A DNA stretch of 63,743 nt, counting the filler, from Octopus bimaculoides (taxonomy: Eukaryota): assembly GCF_001194135.2 (NCBI RefSeq). It is 6 parts of 6 records of this genome, joined end to end, with 100 filler letters (N's around TTAATTAATTAA, not from the genome) between each part and the next. Parts side by side here need not be neighbours in the genome. Positions count along the whole stretch, not along the records: positions 39,133 to 54,397 come from NW_026337435.1; positions 54,498 to 57,865 come from NC_068993.1; positions 57,966 to 61,973 come from NC_068988.1; positions 62,074 to 63,743 come from NW_026297865.1; 2 more parts are not named here. The stretch is one strand, 5' to 3'. The translations under genes and the position numbers were made by a program. Positions 53,563 to 63,743 of this stretch are shown one piece after another. Position 1 is the stretch's first letter, and each line of letters opens with the position of its first letter. The notes under the pieces are model-generated. The model made no database searches. It had not been told where the DNA came from and saw nothing but the letters and a program-made list of their open reading frames with translations.

Positions 53563-54541
53563 TGTGTGTTTGTCTCCCTGTCTGTCGGTTGTAATAGTAA
53601 TACCTGCTGTTCTTTGAGAATGGAATGCGATACCTCAACTTTAAATATCTTGTAATTTTGATATCATCATTAGTGATAATACGTGTAATATCATTAATTC
53701 TGGTTTAGCGCTCATGCGTCTATTATGTGATATAAACCGCCAGCTTGTATCATGTTTGTGTTATCACAAGCACTGCTATATACTTGTGTGCTGTGTGTAT
53801 GCAGGGAGATATGCTATAACAACAGCGACAAATAGAGTTTTACGCCTGTCTGAATCCAGATGAGAAAACAGGTTTTTAAGGGAACGACCTGAAAATACAT
53901 ATTTATCAAATTTCTAGCCAAAGACTAAATGCTTTCCATTACACACGGACACACGGACACACGCACACATACGTATACAGTTCAGTATACATATTTGTAC
54001 AGACACAAACCCAGTCAAAGATCTGTGTGTGTGTGTGTGTGTGTATTTGAGTAAATGGATATGTGTAAATCTACGTAAACACACATATAGTTCTCTTTAA
54101 AGTTGTGTATAGTTTTAAATGAATACGTTTATATAAGGATTATATTTATATATTGTATAAATATATGCACACTTTTTGCATATAGCTATACTACCTCTCT
54201 CTCTCTCCTTCCTTCTATCTCCCTCTCTCTCTTTCTTTCTCTCTCTCTCTCTCTTTCTTTCTCTCTCTCTCTCTCTCTAACACATACACATACATAGATG
54301 GTTCTATACATATATGCGTATACATGTATAATTCTAGATGCCGATATACATATGTATATATATATGGGAGAATATACAAAAAATAACAACAGACGAGNNN
54401 NNNNNNNNNNNNNNNNNNNNNNNNNNNNNNNNNNNNNNNNNTTAATTAATTAANNNNNNNNNNNNNNNNNNNNNNNNNNNNNNNNNNNNNNNNNNNNAAT
54501 GTAAGATTGTTCTTATTAGAACTGAACCTAAAAACAAAGAA

Positions 54542-54599
<58 letters not shown>

Positions 54600-54884
54600 T
54601 ATGTTCCTATGTGCACGTGTGTGTGTGTTTGTATGTATATATCTACGCAGGTGTGCCTTTGTGTTCGTCCTCTCACTAATACTTGAAACCGGTGTTAGTT
54701 TGTTTACGTCTTCGTATCTAGCAGTCCGGCAAAAAAGAAAGGATAGAATAAATATCAGGCTTTAAAAACGAAGTAAAAAGGGACTGTTTATTCGCCTAAT
54801 ACCTTCAATGCGGTCTCCCGGCGCCGTCCAATGGCTGAAACTAGTAAACGATAAAGGGTTTACACGCTCGCAAGCAGATGCAAT

Positions 54885-55125
54885 GTGGAGGCACGTGGCT
54901 TAGTGGTTAGGGTGCTGGACTCGTGATCGTAAGTTTCGATTCTTGGATCGTGAGACACGCTGTGTTTTTGAGCGAAACACTTCATTTCACGATGCTCCAG
55001 TCCACTCAGCTGGCAAAAATGAGTTAATCCTGCGGTGGATTGGCGCCCCGTCCAGGAGAGGAGTATATACGCCATGGAAACCAGGAAACCGGCCCCATAG
55101 GGGTCGCTATGACTCGAGAAGGTAA
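54885..55125 (+). mobile_element. tRNA-derived CORE-type SINE
   Basis: Head gtggaggcacgtggcttagtggttagggtgctggactcgtgatcgtaag; central gaaacacttcatttcacgatgctccagtccactcagctgg and ctgcggtggattggcgccccgtccagg. Confidence 0.8.
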
Positions 55126-57147
55126 CTTTTCCTTTACTTTAAGCATACACACACGCACACATACTTTCACGCACACATATACGCATGCACACGATCACAA
55201 TATTTGGAGGAAGTTCTTAAATTTTATTAACCATTTTAAAAAGAATCTTGGATTCTAAGTCTTTTTTTCATAGTTAAGCTTTAAGACAGACAGACAGACA
55301 GACAGAGAAAGACAGACAGACAGAGAAAGACAGAGAGGCAGAGTATCACAGACACACAGATTGACAGGCTGAGGCAAACACAAAAAGACAAAAGGAAAGT
55401 GAGAGGGGTGAACTCAAAGCCGTTGTCAATAGATACTCCTTTTATTAAAATATCTGAGTTTGTGAGAGACCCCCGAATGTCTTGCAGAGATTATCAAGCA
55501 GACATGAGCAGAAAGGATTGCAATTGCAATAATCTTATAATCTATGTTTTAGTTTAATCTTGATGCAACAACAGTTAGACTTATGCGTTAATGAATGCCT
55601 TCTTCCAGCCGATGATATTCCAAGGAATGACAAGCAGCTTGGAAACAATGATTTCATGCAGCTCACTCAATGCATTAAACTCTTCAGAAGCAGGGAAAAT
55701 GCGACGGTAACCCCTACGTTCATGTGTCCTTTTATCTCATAGCTTTAGAACTCGGGAAAAGATTGAACCAATATAAACTGGAATAGTGTGAACATACGGC
55801 GCATCCAAGTGTCGTTTTCGTTTCTTCGCGAAATCATATGCATAATATCTGCTGTCGTTGGCATTCTGCTTTAGACTGATTTTAAACCATTAGTATTTAA
55901 TACCATTCGATAATCTTTATTGAAAAATTAATTTCTCAAGAAATTAATCGTCTCTCATATTCACTTTATGATGAACAAGGGAGACGACTTCTAACAACTG
56001 AGGAAGTGTTACCTATCATACTGCAGCTGGTACCAACCACCTCGATGGCGATTTCTACAAGTCTCCCGAATTAGCCAATGGAAATAAACCTTACTAATCC
56101 AGGTGAAAACAGATTTATTTAGGTAATCGTGTCCCACTCACCACGAAATATGAAGCGTCCGAGTAATACCTCGCGTTTTATACATCTTCAACACTTTAAG
56201 TAATATATTTCTGAATCGAATTCTTCATATAAACACATAAAGCCCAGAAAACGCGTTTGAGTTCTCTTTTTCTTCCTTTGGTACATGTTTTTTTTTTATG
56301 TGTGTGTGTGTGTGTATGTGTACGTATGTATGTTTATGTATATCCAATAAAACTCATGATTAACCGAGTAAATGTTTCGGTTCTGTTCTCTTGTTTTCAT
56401 TCTTAAACATCTCTCCATTTGTTGTTTGTCTGTTCGTTTTACCATTATTTCTTCTTTCCGTTTTGCTTTAGTTTTCTTTCCAAAACAATTGCTTCGCTTA
56501 AAAGCTTCATCTTTTTTTATTTCTAAAGGTGTTTAGCATTCCCATCCAAACTCTTGGTCTCTATGTAGACTAGCGGTGCCATTGATTCTAAGCAATGATC
56601 TATGACAATGTCACCAATAAACATTTCATACGATGATGTAAAAGGCTTGAGTTTTGAATCATAACGAACAGTCTGAAGCATTAGATAACTTATCGGGAAG
56701 AGACGGTCGTTGCAGCGGCTTTTAACTCTTACCTCTTACCTCGACTCTCCATCCTTCCTCTGTAACGCAACGCGCCAGCCAGCGCAGATATAAACTATAT
56801 AATCTGCGAACCATAAACGGCAACCTATAATCAATTTACTTACGAACCGTGTGTGTGCGTGTGTGTGCGTGTGTGTGCGTTTGTGTGTGCGTGTGTATTT
56901 GTGATTGTGTGTATGTGTTTGTGATTGTGTGTGTGTATGTGTTTGTGATTGTGTGTGTGTGTGTGTGCGATTGTGTGTATGAGTTTGTACATTATGTATA
57001 TATATATCTATATAAGCATATATATCTATTATATGCAAGTATATATATATATTATATATATACATCAGCAATTTTATTACACACATGCGCACATACATGT
57101 GTAGGTGAGTATACACACACACACACACGCACACACACACACACACT

Positions 57148-57179
<32 letters not shown>

Positions 57180-57235
57180 CATATATATATGTATATGGGG
57201 AGTATGTGCCCATATATCTCTTTATATACATCCGC

Positions 57236-57297
<62 letters not shown>

Positions 57298-57417
57298 TTG
57301 TGTAAGCAGTATATGAAGGGATATATATTTGTGTGAGTGTGAATAATTGTGTATGTGTGTGTATATCTATGTATGTGTATGTTTGTGCGTCTGTCGGTTA
57401 TTTATTTGTGTCTTGAT

Positions 57418-57464
<47 letters not shown>

Positions 57465-57819
57465 TATGTGTATGAGTTGCTCTCGTGCGTGTGTTTGTGG
57501 ACATAAACTGCAAGACCATAAACGATAAAACATGGGCGTTTTACAGTGTTGTTTAAATACGAACTGGTTGACTGAATGTCTTCCAGACGTCACTGTACGA
57601 ACTATCGATAAAGGAGAAAGATATCAGAAAACTTCAAACACACGCACACACACCGACGCACACACACACAATAACACACACACACACACACACAATAAGA
57701 GGGACACATAAATATACTCATAATGTACACGCTCAATCAAATACACATACACACTAAGAAGATATGCATACACGTATGTGTGTATGCTTGTCAGCATATA
57801 TGCATATATGAGTGTATAC

Positions 57820-57865
<46 letters not shown>

Positions 57866-58149
57866 NNNNNNNNNNNNNNNNNNNNNNNNNNNNNNNNNNN
57901 NNNNNNNNNTTAATTAATTAANNNNNNNNNNNNNNNNNNNNNNNNNNNNNNNNNNNNNNNNNNNNTATATATATATATATATAAATATATATATTTATAT
58001 ATATATATACATATATAAGTATATAAATACGCATAAATGTATAGCTGCTTACATTACATAATATTATATAATATATAAAAGGCACAAAGACTTGCGCTCA
58101 GCAGTGCAGTGACAGAACGCGATAAAAATAAGACTACCGAATGATAATG

Positions 58150-58213
<64 letters not shown>

Positions 58214-58699
58214 TAATAATAATAAGTATAATAATCGGAATATAGTGCTCAGCCGAACTGTTACAGAGGGTTTGCCACATTGGCTAGGCCAGAACGATCG
58301 TGAAATTATTAGATATTTGAAGAGAATAGATAACATGTTGCCGTAGGCTGCAGGCTGTAGGCTGCAAACCCGTAACGATTGCAAGGCTCTATGAGTTCCA
58401 ACAAAATTTCAGATAAAAAAGAATAATGAGAATAACAGTAATCGTTTTAAAATATTGACACAAGTGCAGCAGATTTGGGGGTTGACGGGCCAATCCATTT
58501 ATTGACCCCTGTGATACGTTATACGCACACACACACACACACGCATACACACACACGTCAGACTCACTCATTCCCATTCACATATATTCACTCCCTCACC
58601 TCATTCTCACATGTTCATACACATGCTTGCGCACCTTAGTTCGGATCGTCATTATCATCTCTCTTTCATTCAACCTCTTCTTTTCTAGTCACCACACCT

Positions 58700-58915
58700 T
58701 GCTAGACCGCTAAACTCTATATATATATGTATTTTCATGGACATTGTTCAGCTGAGCTCTCTTATCTGGTTCCTCCTTCAAGACCTTATCAGCAATCAAC
58801 TAGACTTGCATTCAGTTCTGTGCAACCTCCTAAGTGTCGTAAAGCAATTTACAGAACTAGTTTTTTCCCTCCCAACTCTGAACTTTGGAATTCCCTTCCA
58901 CAGTCTTGTTTATCT
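58700..58915 (+). mobile_element. CR1-like LINE 3' fragment
   Basis: ORF 58727: YFHGHCSAELSYLVPP...YRTSFFPPNSELWNSLP, the CR1/L2-type SFFPR...LWNSLP end motif. Confidence 0.8.
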
Positions 58916-59138
58916 GGGTTTTTTTTGTTCTCTCTCCACTTCTTCCTCTTATTTCTTTTTGTTGAAGCGCGTAGGCTCGAAACCTAAAACACTTTCTTTA
59001 TTTTTCTCGAGCGTTAAACTAATACACCTGTTTGTTTAACCTACACTTGTCTCCGTCTTTTGTTTTTGAGTGAAGTTCAACTACACATGCATACATACAC
59101 ACTCATGTACATGTATATATATATATATATGTGTGTGA

Positions 59139-59174
<36 letters not shown>

Positions 59175-59296
59175 ATGTGCGGGCACTTCTGTCTAATAAC
59201 AGGTGAAATGGGTTAGTAAATCCAGGCAAATATCTAAAAAACGAACTTGTTTAGAGAACTAGATAAACTAGTCACCACAATAATTTCAAATAGAAT

Positions 59297-59356
59297 TAAC
59301 ATCACAGCAAGATAATTTCTTGTGCATACACAAGAATTTATCTTACTGTGATGTTA
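59297..59356. other. Near-perfect 28-bp inverted repeat (60-nt hairpin, 4-nt loop)
   Basis: taacatcacagcaagataatttcttgtg-cata-cacaagaatttatcttactgtgatgtta; 26 of 28 positions are Watson-Crick. Confidence 0.9.
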
Positions 59357-59849
59357 TTTAGTAAATCCAAATATCGCTCAGAAATATTTTGTTAAACCCC
59401 GAGTATATAACATGAGCAAGGATAGAACATTTTTTTTTTCAATATTACACCGCAAAACACAGGCTATCGTTTTTAACGTACCAGAATATTTAAATACAGG
59501 AACAAATGTACACATTACGAGTCAAGCGAATATATTAGAAAATCTATGCTAGCATGTTGTTATCAAGCTTTGAGTTTTTTTCTTTTTAAGCATTCGCTCA
59601 TTACAAGTTCCTTAGACCACTGAAAACGTAAGAGCTACTAGAATAAAATGGACGTTTAGATAGAAGTCAATAGGTGACAATGTACATTAGACTTAAAAGA
59701 CTAGAGGTCATATTGAAGAGGAAAACAAGACTGTATGTATATAGTATTAAAGTAAGTAGGCATTAAATATTTAAATATAAAAGTAAGTAGGCATTAAACG
59801 TTGAAACAAATTATATATCTTCCTTAATAAATAAGATAAATCTTTATAT

Positions 59850-60420
59850 TTTAGCACCGGTGGTGTCAATCAATTTCTTCAAACGGCCAGGGATGGATTG
59901 AACAACATTCTGAAAGGCGTCGTCTAGGATATTAAAAACCTCCTGAATCCGTGTCTCCAAGTTCACCAGTGTGCGAGGATTTAGCTTGTAGACTTATTTT
60001 GTGTAAATATCACATGGGATGATATCTAGACTTCTTAGTGGTCATTCATGAGGTCAACATCATCCCATTAGCTCCTGCCCGTAATGGGGTTTCTACGGAC
60101 GAAAATTCAATTCTTTATCCAACACCGTATGTATTGTGTGTCTTGTTAGTCCACTTTCACGAACTCCTTCACTTGTTGATTTTTTCAGGGCTGCGATTAA
60201 ACATTTCTTGCAAAGGTGCCACGTTCTGCGCTGATCAGGATGTGGTTGGACGGACACTTCTTCTTGCATCGTTCCCAAAGCCCGTGGTCACCAGATCTGC
60301 ACGACAAGATTTTTTTTTGTCTCTGGACGTAGTGTTGCATACTTACCTTTCCATGCACACCACCATCTCTGAACTAAAACAATGGAATTTTACACTTAAT
60401 AGCGTGCTGCTATCTTAGTT
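59850..60420 (-). mobile_element. Internally deleted IS630-Tc1-mariner element (DD37D/maT-like)
   Basis: HTH remnant ...ESGLTRHTIHTVLDKELNFRP.KPHYGQEL is fused directly to the C-terminus RSLDIIPCD...VYKLNPRTLVNLETRIQEVF...VVQSIPGRLKKLIDTTGA. The catalytic core is missing. Confidence 0.7.
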
Positions 60421-60614
60421 CATTCCCGAACACTCAAGCAACCGGTTATCAAGAAAATAATAAATAAGACATAAGCCAATGAGAACATTGAAAAAGATCT
60501 CCATTAGTATTGTCTGTTTAAAAATGTTTTTTTTATCATTACTTCAGTGATATAGAATTTCTATGAGCGATTTCTAATGCCTAGTTACTTTGTCTTCACC
60601 CGATATATATAAAG

Positions 60615-60616
60615 GA

Positions 60617-60672
<56 letters not shown>

Positions 60673-60712
60673 GTAGGTAGGTAGGTAGGTAGGTAGGTAG
60701 GTAGGTAGATAG
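60615..60712. repeat. (AGAT)n then (AGGT)n tetranucleotide array
   Basis: Direct inspection. Confidence 0.95.
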
Positions 60713-61388
60713 AGGTAACATTAATTCTGCTTAAGATTCGCATGTGGATGTTCACGAATGTCGTGATGAACCAAGGGCGAATAAATAAATACGTCCATAC
60801 ATATGTACATATATGTTTACACTCAAATGTATGTATTAACACATATACATACCACATACACACAACTATACACACACACACACATATACACACGAACGGC
60901 TCTCATTTACACTGTTAAAATGTACTCAATACATATGTAGACTAAAATTATTGGTAATAGAAATTTAAAATGCTCACTGTTGTCGATCATTCAAATGTAA
61001 GTGAATGACAAAACAGAATATATGACAAAAGAAGCTAGCCATGGGTGGCCACTGAACCAGACAAATGTGGGCGGTCATTATAAGAATATAATTAGGAAAA
61101 CAACGTGTAATGCTAGCAAGAAGCAAAACGTGCATGCAAATACCCACATACACAATGTTGACACATATATATATGTGCGTGTGTGTGTGTGAGCTTATAC
61201 ATGTATGCATGTATATATATACGTATACATATATGCAAATATATATATATATATATACATACACAAAAATGCATATATATATATATATATAAACAAGAAT
61301 TATATTAACGGTGACTTCGATGTTTCGACATTCTAAGCCACCTTCAAGACATATAGATAGAGGGTTAGATGGAATGACAGATTAACAC

Positions 61389-61438
<50 letters not shown>

Positions 61439-61458
61439 CATACATACATACATAGATA

Positions 61459-61498
<40 letters not shown>

Positions 61499-63650
61499 GA
61501 GAGATACAGTAGGAGAGACGGACAGACAGAGGGAGACTTCTGCGTATTATAGTTAACGCTGATATGTTATACATCACGATAAAGTACATTTTCCTGCAAT
61601 AGTCATCCTAACATGGTGTCTGTTGCTATTAATGCGCTTTGTTTAATGATACGATTTCCGCAGACGGAGTGGAGTATGTTATATGCTCATTTCTACCTCG
61701 TTAGTCTTTCTACGTTGCATATTCTCACTGCCAACCGCCAAATTTATATCTCTCAATATTTCTTTTTCCTTGCAATGGCCGGTTCTGTTGGTCAAACTAT
61801 CGAAAGTCCTTCTGCTTCAGACGCCAAGACATTAAAAATTGTTACAGTGTAGTACAACGGTTTCGTTATGCAATGGTGAAACTATCTTTTTTTTTCTTGT
61901 TTTTTTTCCTTTTCTGAAAAAACAACGATTTGAACTTACGGCACTTTTTCAAGAGAGGCACGATATATATATANNNNNNNNNNNNNNNNNNNNNNNNNNN
62001 NNNNNNNNNNNNNNNNNTTAATTAATTAANNNNNNNNNNNNNNNNNNNNNNNNNNNNNNNNNNNNNNNNNNNNTATATGTGTGTGTGTTTGTGTGTGTGA
62101 ATATGTGTGTATATATCTATTTGTATATGCATAAACATACATGCACACACAAGTGTATATATTACTTTTATTTGTTCTTAGCAATTATGACATTAGTAAC
62201 ATGGAATGTAGTTGCTAAACATCAAATATATATTTGATCAGAACTTCTGAAAAGGTGAATTATAAAAGGATGTAATGAATTATATGTATGTGCATATATG
62301 TATGAGAGTGTGGGTGATAGTAATAAAAATGAGCTTATTGTATACAGTGCATATATTGAGTTTACACATATACTTGCAGATACACACACATATATATATA
62401 TTGTATCTTATTAACTCTAGGCTAACATATCAGCAATGTCTTTAATCATTGAGATTTTAATTAAATTGACTTGTTTTGTGTTGTGTATATATGTTGTCAT
62501 CACATGGCATATTCTGTAAAACTGACAGTACACAATTGCCATTCTTCAGTTTATAATCTAGATGGATTGACTCTCTCATTCTCTTTCTCACTGTGTATAT
62601 ATATATAAATGTGTGTGTGTGTGTGTGTGTTTGTGTGTGTACGTGTACACACATACATATATGCAGTAGCATAGGTCTCCTTACTCTAAGAGTAAAGGTG
62701 TCATAAAATCAAAGAAAACAACATAGGTTTCAGCCAATATTGGTCAAAGCTATGTTATGATGTTTCATGATTCAAAGTTTACCTATGACTTGTATGATGT
62801 TTCATCTAGGGAGCAGAAAACCTGCCTCTAGAATCCTCAGAAATTTTAATATAGTTACATTATGGGGCTGAAAGATGTTCATGTGTTTTTTTTTATATAT
62901 CCACACATATATGCATACATACATACATACATACATACATATGAATAATAACAATAAATGGAGCAAAACACATATAGATAAAAGTTCCTTTAATTCCTAC
63001 ATATGTTTCAAAATATATGTGCACTCTACTCCAAAGAAGTAAGAGCTGCTGGAATTCCACATATATTCATTGTCATGGAACCAACATATAGAAGTAAGAC
63101 AAATGCGAAATGATGTGTGCATACATATGAACATATGTATGTATATGTTTGTATATGTGGGAAACAACTTTTCTTTTATGTACTTTCTATTAAATTCATG
63201 ACTGAGTTTGAGTTTTATCCGTTTTATTTAATTTATTTTATTTTTAGTTTAGAAATAATATAATCCCTAAATCCATATTCAATGTTTCTGAACCTGCACA
63301 TTCTTATTTTCATGAACTGTATCATTCATGTAAACTTTTCTGTTAAAGGATTTTTTTACTGTTATCCTCATACATTGGAGTTTACATGTTAATTAGATTA
63401 ATAGCCGCATGTTGATGTTTTGGTGTGCATTTATTTTGGCATTATATTGTGATAAAAGTATGGATTCTATGATTAATCTCCTATTTTATAGAAAATCTAA
63501 GTATTCTCCTTAAGTGTTTTTCTAGTTTTGTCTTCTGGTGTATGGTATAATGTTTTGTAATAACTTCTTATAGTAAGCTCACAGAAAGCCTATAAGACAA
63601 TGTTGTACTAGTATGTCCAATGTAACATCTTGAACTCTGAAATTTGCAAT

Positions 63651-63683
<33 letters not shown>

Positions 63684-63743
63684 AGTGTATATATATGTAT
63701 ATGCATATATATATGTATGCATATATATATATATATATATATA

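Noticed and set aside
55585-55735. Minus-strand frame RRGYRRIFPASEEF resembling a TTLL-family G-x-F/Y-x-R-I-F/Y-P motif
   Set aside because: Motif spacing is off by one, there is no pyrimidine tract at the acceptor, and no other TTLL exons are visible.

Overview
This is AT-rich, microsatellite-saturated animal genomic DNA from a gapped short-read assembly. The SINE families and (TA)n/(CA)n/(ATCT)n/(TAA)n load point to an octopus genome (inference). Nearly all ORFs in the supplied track are microsatellite or N-gap read-throughs. The one convincing host-gene signal is a run of frame-compatible + strand exons (18684-18859, 20546-20716, 22404-22497, probably also 18142-18171). They encode an S/K/E-rich region followed by a homeodomain resembling HDX (highly divergent homeobox), with a W-x-x-GM...C...I...A signature and a 4-aa loop insertion. 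Its recognition helix reads RWIQEYSK, so it lacks the near-invariant Asn51 and Arg53. The helix-3 exon is bracketed by an inverted repeat pair. The rest is a layered transposon record: several tRNA-derived SINE families; RTE, CR1-like and R4/Dong LINE relics; a near full-length mariner; a deleted IS630-Tc1-mariner element; a piggyBac relic; a Merlin-type element with TIRs and an 8-bp TSD; hAT- and pogo-type MITEs; and degenerate hammerhead-like motifs. A CpG-rich block (39133-61973) is bounded exactly by two of five artificial 44N-TTAATTAATTAA-44N scaffold linkers. A 60-nt near-perfect hairpin lies at 59297-59356. Family assignments come from motif recognition by eye and need database confirmation.
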